NCBI GenBank assembly: GCA_964593805.1
Contig: CAZQHP010000001.1
Location: 453,283-517,282, forward strand
Reading direction: 5' to 3'
Origin: an uncultured Candidatus Saccharibacteria bacterium
GTDB lineage: Bacteria > Patescibacteriota > Saccharimonadia > Saccharimonadales > JBBQAJ01
DNA length: 64,000 nt
In this document: positions 26,979 through 38,077 of the stretch, piece by piece
Layout: every line of letters begins with the position of its first letter
Numbering within the stretch: the stretch's first letter is position 1
Program-made: the position numbers and the translations under genes
Notes under the pieces: model-generated
The model's input: only the letters and a program-made list of their open reading frames with translations
The model's database searches: none
Told to the model about the DNA's origin: nothing

Positions 26979-29900
26979 TGAAGCGTTACAATTACGGAAC
27001 GGATATAGCGGATTTTGACGCGGTACGGCTAGCTGTAGCCAGCGCCGACGACATTTTGGACTGGAGTTACGGCGAAGTAACCAAGCCGGAAACCATCAAC
27101 TACCGAACCCAAAAACCAGAACGCGACGGTTTGTTTTGCGAAAGAATTTTCGGGCCGGTCAAAGACATCAACCCGCACGACGCTAAGTACAAAGGCGTCC
27201 GGTCGCGAGAAGCGGCCGTTGATAAAAACGGCGAAATTGTTACCAAGTCCATTGTACGGCGCGAACGCATGGCTCATATCAACTTGGCCAGCCCGGTCGC
27301 GCACATCTGGTTCCTGCGCGGAACCCCAAGCGCGATTGGTCTGCTACTTGGAATGACTGTCAAGAACCTGGAACGCGTGGCGTATTTTGCCAGCTACATC
27401 ATCAAAAAAGTAGACGTAGAAAAACGCGACCAGCTGCTGGCGGATAAAGAAGCGGAATTCGCCGCCGCCAAAGAAGCCATAAAAGCTCGCTATGAAAAAG
27501 AAGCCGCCGCCGAAGGCGCGAACGTGAAAGCGCTGGCCGAACTACAGACCAAAGAACTCGAAGACGTTCAGGTTGAGTTTGAGGAATACAAGACCCAAAT
27601 CACCGCTTTGGCCAAGCTGAACCTAATCAGCGAAACCGACTACCGCATGCTGCCAGACGGCCTGGCTGACCTCATAGAAGTTGGCATGGGCGGCTCTTCG
27701 CTCAAAGATTTGCTGGTGGAAGTAAACTTAGAAGATTTGATTGCCGAACTAACCAAAGAGGCCGAAGAAGCCAAAGGCCAGCGCAAAAAGAAACTCATGA
27801 AGCGCCTTCGCCTGTTGGAAAGCATGCACCGGGCAGGCATAAAACCCAGCAGCATGTGCGTGACAGTACTGCCGGTAATTCCTCCAGATCTGCGCCCTAT
27901 GGTTCAGTTGACTGGCGGCCGATTTGCCACCAGTGACCTAAATGATTTGTACCGCCGGGTCATCAACCGCAACAATCGCCTGAAAAAACTGATTGAACTG
28001 AACGCGCCGGAAGTTATCCGCCGCAACGAACAGCGCATGTTGCAAGAAGCCGTAGACGCGCTGATTGACAACAACAACGCCCGCAGCGGCCGGGCTGTGG
28101 CGGCCACCGGCCAGCGCCGCCGATTGAAGAGCCTGAGCGACATGCTCAAAGGTAAACAGGGCCGTTTTCGCCAGAATTTGCTGGGCAAGCGAGTTGATTA
28201 TTCCGGTCGCTCCGTGATTGTGTCTGGTCCCGAACTCAAGATGTTCCAATGCGGACTGCCCAAAATGATGGCGCTAGAACTCTTTAAGCCTTTTGTAATT
28301 GGCTGGCTGATCAGAGGCGAGCACGCTCACAACATTCGCAGTGCGACCCGGATGATAGAAACTGGCGAAACGGCCGTTTGGGACGCTTTGGACGAAGTGA
28401 TCAAGGGCAAATACGTACTGCTCAACCGCGCGCCGTCACTGCACCGCCTGTCCATCCAAGCTTTCCAGCCCGTCCTGATTGAAGGCCGAGCCATCCAGCT
28501 GCATCCACTAGTCTGCAAAGGCTTCAACGCCGACTTTGACGGCGACCAAATGGCTGTGCACCTGCCGCTGTCTGACGCCGCTCAAAACGAAGCACGCGAC
28601 ATCATGGCCAGCAACAAAAACTTGCTTAAACCAGCCGACGGTTCGCCAATCCTGCACATCGAGCAAGATATTGTGCTGGGTTGTTACTACCTAACCTACG
28701 AGCGAGCAACAAACAGCCGTGACAAAGTCCGCACTTTCACCGGTTTGGAAGAAGCTGTCATGGCCAAAGACGCCGGCGTAATCGGCATCCAGTCGCACGT
28801 TCGCGTGCCTTTCCGCGGCGAAGTCCGCCAAACCACGTTTGGGCGCCTGCTGTTCAACGAAATTTTTCCAGAAGACTTTGCTTTCCAGGACGAACCAATG
28901 ACCAAGAAAAAACTCACCAGCGTTATGGCGCAGGTATATCAAAAATACGGCCAAGACAAAACGGCCGAGATTGCCGACGACCTAAAAGACATCGGTTTTG
29001 ACTGGGCTACGCGTTCAGGACTCAGCATGGGCATGGGCGACTTTGCCGAGATCAAGGGCATGGACAAAGTGATGGAGGGCGGCGAAGCCCGCGCTATAGC
29101 TATCAGCCACGAATACGAACAAGGCTTCATCACCGAAGACGAACGCTACCGCTTGACCGTAGAGACCTGGACCAAGATTGAAAACCAGGTTCAGGACATG
29201 CTGGCCAAACAAATGGAAGACTTTGAGTCGTCCATGGCAATCGCGATTACCTCTGGTGCTCGCGGCAACATATCTCAGATGAAAATGTCCGTTGGTATGC
29301 TAGGCGTTTTGTCTGATGCGACCGGCCGTGCCATTGAATTGCCTATCAAATCAGGCTACGTGAAAGGGCTCACTCCGCTGGAGTACTTCACCGGTACCCG
29401 CGGTACTCGAAAAGCGCTGATTGACATTGCGCTTAAAACAGCCGACGCCGGATATTTGACTCGCCGTTTGGTAGATGTTGGCCAAGACGTCTTTACGATT
29501 GACGACGACGACACCGACCCGGGCTTTGCTATGCTTCGTGCCGATGCCGAGGCGATTGGCGTCAGCTACGCTTCACGCCTGGAGGGACGCTTTGTGGCCG
29601 CCACTCTAAAGGGTTATTTGAAGGCTGGCGAACAAATAAGCAAAGAAATGGCCGCCAAAATGGAAGCAGATGACAGCCTTGACGGCCTGCGCATCATGAG
29701 CGCTCTGTCATGCACGTCCGTCCGCGGTGTGCCGCAAAAATCCTACGGCGTTGACCCGGCAACCGGCAACCTAGTAGCGGCGCACCACCCCATTGGCGTT
29801 ATTGCCGCCCAAAGCATTGGCGAACCTGGCACCCAGCTGAGCCTGGACTCCAAACACCGTTCCGGAGCCGTTCTGGCCGATGATGCCGCCCAAGGTTTGT

Positions 29901-30790
29901 CTCGTGTTGAGGAACTGTTCGAAGTTCGCACGCCAAAAGGCCAAGCCTACTTGTCTGACATTGCCGGTACATGTGTAGTCTCTGAAGAGGGCGACCACTA
30001 CGTAGTGCAAGTTACGGCCGACGACCAAGCCAAAGTTGAATTGTCATTGGCAGGTCGCAAGCCTCAGGTGGCCAACGGCACCGAAGTTGCCATTGGCGAC
30101 GTGCTGGCCGCCGAAGAAGACAATAGCAAGCCGCTGATTTCTCCAATGGCCGGCAAAGTAGAAATTACTGATAAGAAAATTGTGATTGTGCCTAGCGCCA
30201 AAAGCTTGATTCGTTACGAAATCCCTGGCTTTAAGCAGTTGTTTGTCAAAGACGGCGACAAAGTTGTAGCCGGCCAGCGCTTGACCGGCGGTTCCATAAA
30301 TCTGCATGACCTGATGAGTTTGCAGGGGGTCGAAGCCACCCAGCGCTACATAATGAACGAAATCCTGCGTATTTTTGCCGGCCAAGGCCAAAACATTGCC
30401 GACAAGCATCTGGAAATCATCGTCCGCCAAATGTTCAGCCGAGTTCAGATAGAAGAAGCTGGCGACAGCGAGTTTGTAACCGGGGACATTGTCAGCAAGC
30501 TGGCGGTAGTAGAGGCCAACGAACGCTTGGTCGCCGACAAAAAACAGCCAGCCAAAGTAACCCGGCTACTGCTCGGCATCACTAAAGCTTCCCTGAGTAC
30601 AGATTCTTTCCTGAGCGCCGCGTCGTTCCAAGACACTACCCGCGTGCTGATTGCCGCGGCTACCAGCGGCAAGATAGACAAATTGTACGGCCTGAAGGAA
30701 AACGTCATCTTAGGCCGGCGCATCCCAGTGGGGACCGGCTACAACCCAACCCATGACCTCGACCAGATGATCGTAGTTGACGGCGAATAA
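26978..30790 (+). CDS. rpoC: DNA-directed RNA polymerase subunit beta'
   Basis: 1270 aa. Carries the NADFDGDQM catalytic motif. TAATG overlap with rpoB. Confidence 0.97.
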   Translation: MKRYNYGTDIADFDAVRLAVASADDILDWSYGEVTKPETINYRTQKPERDGLFCERIFGPVKDINPHDAKYKGVRSREAAVDKNGEIVTKSIVRRERMAHINLASPVAHIWFLRGTPSAIGLLLGMTVKNLERVAYFASYIIKKVDVEKRDQLLADKEAEFAAAKEAIKARYEKEAAAEGANVKALAELQTKELEDVQVEFEEYKTQITALAKLNLISETDYRMLPDGLADLIEVGMGGSSLKDLLVEVNLEDLIAELTKEAEEAKGQRKKKLMKRLRLLESMHRAGIKPSSMCVTVLPVIPPDLRPMVQLTGGRFATSDLNDLYRRVINRNNRLKKLIELNAPEVIRRNEQRMLQEAVDALIDNNNARSGRAVAATGQRRRLKSLSDMLKGKQGRFRQNLLGKRVDYSGRSVIVSGPELKMFQCGLPKMMALELFKPFVIGWLIRGEHAHNIRSATRMIETGETAVWDALDEVIKGKYVLLNRAPSLHRLSIQAFQPVLIEGRAIQLHPLVCKGFNADFDGDQMAVHLPLSDAAQNEARDIMASNKNLLKPADGSPILHIEQDIVLGCYYLTYERATNSRDKVRTFTGLEEAVMAKDAGVIGIQSHVRVPFRGEVRQTTFGRLLFNEIFPEDFAFQDEPMTKKKLTSVMAQVYQKYGQDKTAEIADDLKDIGFDWATRSGLSMGMGDFAEIKGMDKVMEGGEARAIAISHEYEQGFITEDERYRLTVETWTKIENQVQDMLAKQMEDFESSMAIAITSGARGNISQMKMSVGMLGVLSDATGRAIELPIKSGYVKGLTPLEYFTGTRGTRKALIDIALKTADAGYLTRRLVDVGQDVFTIDDDDTDPGFAMLRADAEAIGVSYASRLEGRFVAATLKGYLKAGEQISKEMAAKMEADDSLDGLRIMSALSCTSVRGVPQKSYGVDPATGNLVAAHHPIGVIAAQSIGEPGTQLSLDSKHRSGAVLADDAAQGLSRVEELFEVRTPKGQAYLSDIAGTCVVSEEGDHYVVQVTADDQAKVELSLAGRKPQVANGTEVAIGDVLAAEEDNSKPLISPMAGKVEITDKKIVIVPSAKSLIRYEIPGFKQLFVKDGDKVVAGQRLTGGSINLHDLMSLQGVEATQRYIMNEILRIFAGQGQNIADKHLEIIVRQMFSRVQIEEAGDSEFVTGDIVSKLAVVEANERLVADKKQPAKVTRLLLGITKASLSTDSFLSAASFQDTTRVLIAAATSGKIDKLYGLKENVILGRRIPVGTGYNPTHDLDQMIVVDGE

Positions 30791-30795
30791 GGGTT

Positions 30796-30842
30796 GTTAA
30801 AAGTTACGACATCTGTTAAAGTTAACAAGTTAAAAGTTTCGC
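30796..30842. repeat. GTTAAAA-word low-complexity tract downstream of rpoC
   Basis: GTTAAAA-like words begin at 30796, 30803, 30815, 30821, 30829 and 30836. The spacings are 7, 12, 6, 8 and 7, so the periodicity is looser than in the other tracts. Confidence 0.4.
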
Positions 30843-30861
30843 TAATTTTTCTCTGAAGCTC

Positions 30862-30930
30862 AGGGGAGAGTAGCCAGCCAAAATGTATTCCATTTTGCCT
30901 GCGCGATGAGAGGGGATGTTCCCCTCTCAT
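30862..30930 (+). repeat. Double-hairpin repeat element, copy B (upstream of rpsL)
   Basis: AGGGGAGAGtAGCCaG, hairpin 1 (CCAAAATG-tattc-CATTTTG), ccTGCGCG, hairpin 2 (ATGAGAGGGGA-tgt-TCCCCTCTCAT). Confidence 0.8.
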
Positions 30931-31005
30931 GAGTGTTACATAAGCAGTCTGAGCCGAGCGTATGGCATTCGCTCGCCGCGGTAGATTGCAAATCAAAGGA
31001 GTAAA

Positions 31006-31419
31006 ATGCCAACAATCAATCAGTTAGTGCACAAACCCCGCACCAGCAAGGGCAAGAAGTCCGGTGCGCCTCATTTGCAGCGCGTTACCAACAACCTAAA
31101 AACCCGCAACTACGACAAACCAGCACCGTTTAAGCGTGGCGTCTGCATAAAAGTTACGACCAAAACACCAAAGAAACCAAACTCGGCACTCCGTAAGGTT
31201 GCCCGTGTGCGCCTGACCAACGGCTACGAAGTTTGGGCATACATTGGCGGTGAAGGCCACAACCTGCAGGAGCACGCCGTGGTGATGATTCGCGGCGGTC
31301 GGGTCAAAGACCTCCCAGGCGTGCGCTACCACATTGTCCGCGGCAGTTTAGACCTGCAGGGCGTGACTGACCGCAAAAACGGCCGCAGCAAATACGGCAC
31401 CAAGAAAGGCGGCAAATAA
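31006..31419 (+). CDS. rpsL: 30S ribosomal protein S12
   Basis: 137 aa. Has [11 protein letters not shown], and an SD (AAAGGAG) lies upstream. Confidence 0.97.
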   Translation: MPTINQLVHKPRTSKGKKSGAPHLQRVTNNLKTRNYDKPAPFKRGVCIKVTTKTPKKPNSALRKVARVRLTNGYEVWAYIGGEGHNLQEHAVVMIRGGRVKDLPGVRYHIVRGSLDLQGVTDRKNGRSKYGTKKGGK

Positions 31420-31898
31420 TGCCGCGTAAAGTCACCAAATCACTTGTTCGAGACATCAAACCTGATCGTTTGTACAACAGCGTCATGATTCAACGGCTCA
31501 TAAATCGAGTAATGATTCATGGCAAAAAGCAGCTGGCTGAGCGTTTGGTTTACGGCGGTTTACAAAAAGCCGCTGACAAGCTGGAAGTTCAGAACCCGCT
31601 GGAAGTATTTGAACAGGCCATGAAAAACGCCCGCCCGCACATGGAAACCCGTTCCCGTCGAGTTGGCGGTGCCAACTACCAGATTCCGTTTGAAGTATCC
31701 GGCCAGCGCCAAAACCACCTGACCATGATGTGGTTTGTAGCCGCCGCCCGGTCTCGCAAGGGCATGAGCATGGAAGACCGCTTGGCCCTGGAGTTCATAG
31801 ACGCCTACAACAACACCGGTACAGCCGTGAAGAAAAAAGAAGACATCCACAAAATGGCAGAAGCTAACCGGGCATTCGCCCATTTTGCAAGGTATTAG
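31419..31898 (+). CDS. rpsG: 30S ribosomal protein S7
   Basis: 159 aa. TAATG coupling to rpsL. Has the S7 signature (RVGGANYQIP). Confidence 0.97.
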   Translation: MPRKVTKSLVRDIKPDRLYNSVMIQRLINRVMIHGKKQLAERLVYGGLQKAADKLEVQNPLEVFEQAMKNARPHMETRSRRVGGANYQIPFEVSGQRQNHLTMMWFVAAARSRKGMSMEDRLALEFIDAYNNTGTAVKKKEDIHKMAEANRAFAHFARY

Positions 31899-31901
31899 GC
31901 G

Positions 31902-32165
31902 ATGGGTATCCGTGAAAGAATAACATCTCATGCGCACGAATACGCCGATGCGGCCATCAAAGCAAGCGACGTTTTTAATCAGGGCTTAGCGAACGAAGCA
32001 CAAGCCGGTTATCCTAATTTTGCGACCAACGTTGCAAGAGGCGGCATTTTACGCATGCGCGAATTGATTGCGCTCAGAATTGAAGAGCTCGTAACACCAG
32101 AAGCCGAACTGCCACGACTATATGCAAATCGCGACCAAGGCAGCGCAGAAAGAACTGCCCGGTAA
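31902..32165 (+). CDS. Hypothetical protein inserted between rpsG and fusA
   Basis: 87 aa. It starts 3 nt after the rpsG stop, and its stop overlaps the fusA ATG (TAATG). It uses four AGA codons, which are rare in the flanking genes. Confidence 0.5.
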   Translation: MGIRERITSHAHEYADAAIKASDVFNQGLANEAQAGYPNFATNVARGGILRMRELIALRIEELVTPEAELPRLYANRDQGSAERTAR

Positions 32166-34252
32166 TGGCAGCTAAAAAATACGCGCTGGATAAAATTCGG
32201 AACCTGGGGATTATTGCCCATATTGACGCTGGCAAAACTACTACCACCGAAGGCATTTTGTACCGCACCGGGCTGAATTACAAAATTGGCGCTGTACATG
32301 AAGGCGAAACCACCACTGACTGGATGGCACAGGAACGCGAGCGCGGCATCACTATTGTAGCCGCCAGTGTGACGTGTTTCTGGAAAGACCATCAGGTAAA
32401 CATCATAGACACCCCAGGGCACATTGATTTCACCGTGGAAGTAGAACGCTCTTTGCGCGTGCTAGACGGCGCGTGCGTGGTGTTTGACGGCAAAATGGGC
32501 GTGGAATCACAGTCTGAAACCGTGTGGCGCCAGGCCGACAAATACAAAGTGCCTCGTATCTGTTTTATCAACAAAATCAACCAAACCGGCGGCGACTTTT
32601 ACAAATCCTTGGACACCATTCACGCACGTCTCAGCAAACGAGCTTTCCCAGTGCATTTGCCGATAGGATTTGAGCAGTCCATAAACGGCATCGTAGACCT
32701 GGTAGATATGAAAGCCTACACCTACAAAGACTTTACGGACAAAGCGCTGGTAGAAGCCGAAATTCCAGCCGACATGATGGACCAGGTCAAAAAAGCCCGC
32801 AGCTTGCTGATAGAAAACGCTGTGGCTGAAGATGAAGCCATACTAGAAAAATACTTTGAAGTTGGAGAAGAAGGTCTGACTGAATTAGACGTAAAGCAAG
32901 CAATACGTACGGCCGTGCTGTCTGGCAAGTTCTTTGCCGTGACTGGTGGTGATGGCCGCGGCGTGATTGTAGAAAAAGTTCTGGACATGGTAAACGATTA
33001 TCTGCCTAGTCCTGAAGATCGCGGCAGTACCTGGGGCACCCATCCTAAAACCGGCGACGAAATTGAGCGCAAGCCGTCAGAAGCAGAACCATTTTCTTCA
33101 CTGGCATTCAAAATTACCACCGACCCATTTGTGGGCAAACTGGCGTATTTCCGCGTTTATTCTGGCAAACTAGTTGCCGGTTCCTACGTTTTGAACAGCT
33201 CTACCGGCGAAAAAGAGCGAATTGGACGGATTGTGCGCCTGCAAGCAGACAAGCGAACCGATGTAACTGAGGTTGGCGCTGGCGACATCGCCGCCATAGT
33301 GGGGCTCAAAGGCACTACCACCGGCAACACATTGTGCGACCTGAACAATCCCATTGTGCTAGAAAGCATTACCTTCCCAGAACCTCCTGTGTCTATTGCC
33401 ATTGAACCCAAAACCAAAGCCGACCAAGAGAAAATGTCCATTGCCATGCAGCGTTTGGCAGAAGAAGACCCTACTTTCCGTATCCGGGTAGACGATGAAA
33501 CAGCCCAGACCATCATATCTGGCATGGGTGAGCTGCACCTAGAAATCATTGTGGACCGCATGAAGCGCGAATTTGGCGTGGAAGCAAACATTGGCGCCCC
33601 ACAGGTGGCTTACCGAGAAACCATTCGCAAAGATGGCGTGGAAGCCCAGGGCAAGTTCATCCGCCAGTCCGGCGGACGTGGCCAATACGGCGACGTCTGG
33701 CTGCGCCTGAGCCAAAACGAACAAGGCAAAGGCTTTGAATTCATCAACTCCATTAAAGGCGGCGTAGTTCCCAGCGAATACATCAAGCCGGTAGAACAAG
33801 GCATCATAGAGGCGCTCAACAACGGCGTGCTCGCCGGCTACCCAGTGGTAGACGTCAAAGCTGAACTGTACGATGGCAGTTATCACGATGTTGACAGTAG
33901 CGAAATGGCCTTCAAAATCGCCGGCTCTATGGCCGTTCAGGCCGGTGTGAAACTGGCAAAACCAGTAATACTTGAACCAATCATGAAAGTAGTGGTTGTC
34001 ACGCCAGAAGATTTCATGGGTGAAGTCATAGGCGATTTGAACGCCAAACGCGGCCGGATTGAGTCTATGGAAGACCTGAGCGCGGGCATCAAAGAAATCA
34101 CGGCATTTGTGCCACTTGGCGAAATGTTTGGTTACACCACCAACTTACGCAGCAGCACCCAGGGCCGAGCCAGCTCCAGCATGGAACTAGACCACTACCA
34201 GGACGTCCCCACTAACGTAGCCGAAGCCATAATCGCCAAAAACGCCAAATAA
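32165..34252 (+). CDS. fusA: Elongation factor G
   Basis: 695 aa. Has AHIDAGKTT, DTPGHIDF and NKINQ-type (NKxD-like) motifs, plus domains II-V. Confidence 0.97.
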   Translation: MAAKKYALDKIRNLGIIAHIDAGKTTTTEGILYRTGLNYKIGAVHEGETTTDWMAQERERGITIVAASVTCFWKDHQVNIIDTPGHIDFTVEVERSLRVLDGACVVFDGKMGVESQSETVWRQADKYKVPRICFINKINQTGGDFYKSLDTIHARLSKRAFPVHLPIGFEQSINGIVDLVDMKAYTYKDFTDKALVEAEIPADMMDQVKKARSLLIENAVAEDEAILEKYFEVGEEGLTELDVKQAIRTAVLSGKFFAVTGGDGRGVIVEKVLDMVNDYLPSPEDRGSTWGTHPKTGDEIERKPSEAEPFSSLAFKITTDPFVGKLAYFRVYSGKLVAGSYVLNSSTGEKERIGRIVRLQADKRTDVTEVGAGDIAAIVGLKGTTTGNTLCDLNNPIVLESITFPEPPVSIAIEPKTKADQEKMSIAMQRLAEEDPTFRIRVDDETAQTIISGMGELHLEIIVDRMKREFGVEANIGAPQVAYRETIRKDGVEAQGKFIRQSGGRGQYGDVWLRLSQNEQGKGFEFINSIKGGVVPSEYIKPVEQGIIEALNNGVLAGYPVVDVKAELYDGSYHDVDSSEMAFKIAGSMAVQAGVKLAKPVILEPIMKVVVVTPEDFMGEVIGDLNAKRGRIESMEDLSAGIKEITAFVPLGEMFGYTTNLRSSTQGRASSSMELDHYQDVPTNVAEAIIAKNAK

Positions 34253-34275
34253 TTCATAGGGTGGGCGGAGGTTTT

Positions 34276-34851
34276 ATGTCCACCCCAGCAGCGAATGTAG
34301 CCGAAACCCTCAAATACCTTGCTAGCGTAGTTCAGTCCCCAGAGGCTATTGATAACGCAGCGCATAAAGGCTACATAGATGATCATAATCTTGTTATGAC
34401 CTCTATGGGTAATCAACACAGGGCCATGTTCACTCCCTACTATAGCGGTATCCCATTCGAGCCTGCTCTTGCTTATCGACTGGAAATGGCTCGGGCTCAT
34501 AGACGTCCTTTCGCAGAGGCTATTCTCAGCCATTCTAGAAGGAGACAAATGGCAGCAGTGACACTTCGGCTGGCGCTCAATCCTGAAGTTACGGATGTGC
34601 TAGAAACGGCCTGGATTTACTCATTAGAGGAGTCAACTAAGCTTACCGAAACTACTTGGGATGTTGTTGACCGCGTAAACGAGTGTGCGCAGACAGGCTC
34701 TGCAATTGAAGCAAGGAGCGGACTTGTTGTAATTACGCCTGATCGTGCCAAAGCTCATAACTGGGCTCTCTCTGAATCTATCGGTTCAGCAGAAGCTGTA
34801 TGTATTATCCAACAAAAAATAACCGGTGAGCTTCCATTTGAAATACTTTAG
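34276..34851 (+). CDS. Hypothetical protein inserted between fusA and tuf
   Basis: 191 aa from ATG 34276, with SD GGAGG at 34268-34272; the ORF track starts at GTG 34261. It uses atypical codons (AGA, AGG, CTA, TCT). Confidence 0.5.
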   Translation: MSTPAANVAETLKYLASVVQSPEAIDNAAHKGYIDDHNLVMTSMGNQHRAMFTPYYSGIPFEPALAYRLEMARAHRRPFAEAILSHSRRRQMAAVTLRLALNPEVTDVLETAWIYSLEESTKLTETTWDVVDRVNECAQTGSAIEARSGLVVITPDRAKAHNWALSESIGSAEAVCIIQQKITGELPFEIL

Positions 34852-34957
34852 TCTACCTCTTTACAAACCTCTTAAGATAAGCTAATATATTTTGGTAACT
34901 CGTGTGGGTTTATTCAACTCATGCAAAATTATTACTAAAGTTATAGGAGTAATCTCA

Positions 34958-36139
34958 ATGGCAGATTTTGACAGAAGCAAGCCGCACGTAAACGTTGGTA
35001 CTATGGGACACGTTGACCACGGCAAAACCACGCTAACCGCAGCTATTACGGCAGTACTTGCCAAAAAGCTTCCCAGCGACGTGAACAAAGCTATCAAATA
35101 CGATGAAATTGACAACGCGCCAGAAGAAAAAGCCCGTGGTATTACCATCGCGACTTCCCACCAGGAATACGAATCAGAAAAGCGCCACTACGCTCACGTG
35201 GACATGCCAGGACACGCTGACTATGTAAAGAACATGATTACCGGCGCCGCTCAGATTGACGGTGCTATTTTGGTAGTAGGCGCCAATGACGGCCCACTGC
35301 CACAGACTCGTGAACACGTGCTACTTGCCAAACAAGTGGGCGTGCCAAAGATTTTGGTTTTCATGAACAAAATGGACCTAGCGGACCCAGAACTGATTGA
35401 ACTAGTAGAAATGGACATTCGTGAGCTGTTGGCCAAAAACGGCTATGACGAAGACGCACCAATTGTCAAAGGCTCGGCTACCAAAGCTCTCGCCGGCGAC
35501 GCAGCCAGCGAGGACGCTATCATGGAGCTGGTTAAGGCCATGGATGATTTCATCCCAGAGCCAAAGCGCGAACTAGACAAACCATTCCTGATGCCTATAG
35601 AAGACGTGTTCTCTATCAAAGGCCGCGGCACAGTAGCTACCGGCCGTGTGGAAACCGGAATTGTGAAAGTCAATGAAGAAGTCGAAATTGTCGGCATCCG
35701 TCCTACTAAAAAAGTCGTGGTAACCGGCGTAGAAATGTTCAAAAAGAACCTTGACCAAGGCCAAGCTGGCGACAATGTAGGCGTGCTACTTCGCGGTATT
35801 GAGCGCGATGACATTGAGCGCGGCCAGGTGCTTTGCAAACCAGGCAGCATCACACCTCATACCGAATTTGACGCTGAAGTTTACATCCTCACCAAAGAAG
35901 AAGGCGGCCGTCACACACCGTTTTTCAAAGGTTACAAACCACAGTTTTACTTCCGTACCACGGACGTAACCGGTGAAGTTGAACTCCCAGCCGACAAAGA
36001 AATGGTCATGCCAGGCGACACCGTAACTTTCAAAGTTAAACTGCTGGCTCCAATTGCCATGGAACAAGGCCTCCGCTTCGCTATCCGCGAAGGCGGCCGA
36101 ACCGTCGGCGCTGGTGTTGTTACCAAAATCAACAAATAA
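34958..36139 (+). CDS. tuf: Elongation factor Tu
   Basis: 393 aa from ATG 34958, with SD AGGAG. Has [17 protein letters not shown] and NKMD. Confidence 0.97.
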   Translation: MADFDRSKPHVNVGTMGHVDHGKTTLTAAITAVLAKKLPSDVNKAIKYDEIDNAPEEKARGITIATSHQEYESEKRHYAHVDMPGHADYVKNMITGAAQIDGAILVVGANDGPLPQTREHVLLAKQVGVPKILVFMNKMDLADPELIELVEMDIRELLAKNGYDEDAPIVKGSATKALAGDAASEDAIMELVKAMDDFIPEPKRELDKPFLMPIEDVFSIKGRGTVATGRVETGIVKVNEEVEIVGIRPTKKVVVTGVEMFKKNLDQGQAGDNVGVLLRGIERDDIERGQVLCKPGSITPHTEFDAEVYILTKEEGGRHTPFFKGYKPQFYFRTTDVTGEVELPADKEMVMPGDTVTFKVKLLAPIAMEQGLRFAIREGGRTVGAGVVTKINK

Positions 36140-36160
36140 TTCGAACTTCGAATTAGTTAA

Positions 36161-36193
36161 AGAGCTCCGAGAAACCGGAGCTCTTTTATATTT
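36161..36193 (+). terminator. Intrinsic terminator after tuf
   Basis: AGAGCTCCG-agaaac-CGGAGCTCT followed by TTTaTaTTT. Confidence 0.75.
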
Positions 36194-36204
36194 ATAGTCT
36201 CTAC

Positions 36205-36213
36205 TGTTAGAAT
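36205..36213 (+). promoter_or_regulatory. Extended -10 promoter (TGtTAGAAT), 7 nt before the ATG at 36221
   Basis: acTGtTAGAATtatcagcATG. This is the same 9-mer as the rpmG promoter at 58864. Confidence 0.5.
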
Positions 36214-36220
36214 TATCAGC

Positions 36221-36415
36221 ATGGACGAAGTTGACCCAGCCTTTATGTTGAGAAGAATAGACGATATGCCCAACGAATTCGTTCTAGAACTCTTTACGAA
36301 TTGGGTGAGAGGCAAGCTTGATCTAACGGCTGCCCAGGCAGACGTAGTAACGGTTGAAGTTGATCTGCGCTTCGATCAAGCAATAAACGTTACGGCTAGT
36401 CCTGACCCAGCTTGA
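36221..36415 (+). CDS. Hypothetical small acidic protein between tuf and rpsJ
   Basis: 64 aa. It has its own extended -10 promoter and no SD. Confidence 0.4.
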   Translation: MDEVDPAFMLRRIDDMPNEFVLELFTNWVRGKLDLTAAQADVVTVEVDLRFDQAINVTASPDPA

Positions 36416-36551
36416 TGTTCTTGCAGTCGTCAAACTTCCCAAATTACGAATAATGTTGTAGAATCAATCAGTAAAATAATGGTGATGACTAAAAGTCACT
36501 GCGAGCGCTCTATATAGCGCCACAGGGATGTTACATCACAAGGAGACATAT

Positions 36552-37058
36552 ATGGCGGAGGCCAAGAAGAAGGTAGAAAGTAGCAAGCAGAAAGTAGCAA
36601 GCAAAGCTACAAAAACCAACCCAAAGAAGCCAAAGGCAGAAAAGCCGGTTCAAGCACCAGCAGAGGCTGTAGCAGAGCCAGTGGCGGAAACCAAACCTAC
36701 GGTTATGGTCGCAAAACCCGCTAAGCAAACTCACGGTAAAACAGAGCCAGCAGCCAAACAGCGCATCCGGATTCGTCTGAAGGCTTATGACCACAAAGTT
36801 ATAGACCAGTCTACCAAACAGATTGTAGACGTAGCACTGCGTACCGGCGCCACAATTGCCGGGCCAATCCCGCTGCCAACCAAAAAGACTACTTACACCG
36901 TGGTCAAAAGCCCTCATGTGTTCAAAAAGGGCCGTGAGCAGTTTGAAATGCGCGTCCACAAACGCCTAATAGATGTTTTCGACCCAACCCCCAAGACAAT
37001 TGACTCACTAATGAACCTCTCACTACCAGCAGGTTGTGATGCAGAGATTAAAATGTAA
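36552..37058 (+). CDS. rpsJ: 30S ribosomal protein S10 with a ~65-aa K/A/P-rich N-terminal extension
   Basis: ATG at 36552 follows AGGAG at 36541. The S10 core begins at [13 protein letters not shown]. The extension contains a 14-nt tandem duplication. Confidence 0.9.
   Translation: MAEAKKKVESSKQKVASKATKTNPKKPKAEKPVQAPAEAVAEPVAETKPTVMVAKPAKQTHGKTEPAAKQRIRIRLKAYDHKVIDQSTKQIVDVALRTGATIAGPIPLPTKKTTYTVVKSPHVFKKGREQFEMRVHKRLIDVFDPTPKTIDSLMNLSLPAGCDAEIKM
36576..36603 (+). repeat. 14-nt tandem duplication inside the S10 N-terminal extension
   Basis: GAAAGTAGCAAGCA occurs twice. That is 2 x 14 nt, not a multiple of 3. Confidence 0.8.
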
Positions 37059-37147
37059 CAGGCTGCGATCCTCCTACGCCGAGGCTTCGGAGGACAGGCG
37101 CCGAAATCAAAATGTAGCAATTAACGTGGTGGGCAACAGGAGCTATT

Positions 37148-37564
37148 ATGGCAAACGCTTTTCCCGAAGGAACACCAACTGACACAGAGTTCACGGAAGA
37201 AGTTTTGGCGGGTGTGGGCGAAGCTGATTCTTTCCTATTTACCGAATTGCTTGCAATTGCGCTCGAAAGTCAACAAGACGAACAAACCGACGATGATCTG
37301 ACAGAAGCCCAGCGTGAGCAAGAGGCTTGGGCTGAACTGGTTGAGATAGCCGAAATGCCAGAACGCGAACAAAGAATGCATGTTTTGAAAAAACAACTCG
37401 TGGCCGGCATTGAATTTGATACAACCATGTTTGGCGTACCCGTACTCGTAACCCCAATCGATGACATACCACCACCAATGCCACCATTTGAGCCTGACAG
37501 TGAACCACTCCAGCCCATACCAACACCTCCTAGTTTGCAACCCCACGTAGATGCGAGCATATGA
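37148..37564 (+). CDS. Hypothetical acidic, Pro-rich protein
   Basis: 138 aa with SD AGGAG upstream. ATGA overlap with the next gene. Confidence 0.5.
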   Translation: MANAFPEGTPTDTEFTEEVLAGVGEADSFLFTELLAIALESQQDEQTDDDLTEAQREQEAWAELVEIAEMPEREQRMHVLKKQLVAGIEFDTTMFGVPVLVTPIDDIPPPMPPFEPDSEPLQPIPTPPSLQPHVDASI

Positions 37565-38031
37565 AACGGTTTGTTATTCGGCATGGGCATACTGGGGTTA
37601 CGCGAGATGGACGGGCTGCGTTTGGCGCGGCTGGGCCGCCACTGAGTAAGTTGGGGCAAAAGCAGGCTGCCGAGCTCAAACAAGCTTTGCTGAAGCTGGG
37701 AGTAAACTTTGACACAGAGCCGGTGGCTGTGTCTGAGTTTTTGCGGACCAAGCAAACCGCTCAGCTAGCAGGCTTTCAGAACTTGCACGTAAGTCCAGTG
37801 CTGAACGAAATTTTTACCGGCATGCCGGGCGCGGAACTCAAAGCCTTGCTTGAGCTCAGGCAGCTTCCACCAATAGTTATACAAAAGGCGCGGGCAATTC
37901 TGGACAATCCGCCCAAAGAACGGGTTTGGATAACGCACGGTTTGGTGATTATGGGGCTGCGTGAAGTATTGGGCGTAAAAAGCGATCCGTTTGATCCTTT
38001 GCACTGCAGTATTCTTGAGGTAGATGGCTAG
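37561..38031 (+). CDS. Histidine phosphatase family protein (SixA/PGAM-like)
   Basis: 156 aa. Has the N-terminal RHG motif (FVIRHGHTG) and a distal H (ITHGLV). Confidence 0.7.
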   Translation: MKRFVIRHGHTGVTRDGRAAFGAAGPPLSKLGQKQAAELKQALLKLGVNFDTEPVAVSEFLRTKQTAQLAGFQNLHVSPVLNEIFTGMPGAELKALLELRQLPPIVIQKARAILDNPPKERVWITHGLVIMGLREVLGVKSDPFDPLHCSILEVDG

Positions 38032-38058
38032 CAACTCCTTGCATAAAGTGGCGAAAAG

Positions 38059-38067
38059 TGGTATATT
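38059..38067 (+). promoter_or_regulatory. Extended -10 promoter (TGgTATATT), 10 nt before the ATG at 38078
   Basis: aagTGgTATATTttactaaattATG. No SD is present. Confidence 0.5.
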
Positions 38068-38077
38068 TTACTAAATT

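Noticed and set aside
34892-34957. Upstream-extended starts offered by the ORF track for tuf (34892), rpsE (47282), rpsD (51387), rpsJ (36528) and rplP (43266).
   Set aside because: Canonical N-termini preceded by SD sequences occur at internal ATGs, and the extensions overlap the preceding genes.
36140-36152. TTCGAAcTTCGAA, a tandem palindrome after the tuf stop.
   Set aside because: It is short and isolated. The adjacent canonical terminator (36161-36193) explains the region.
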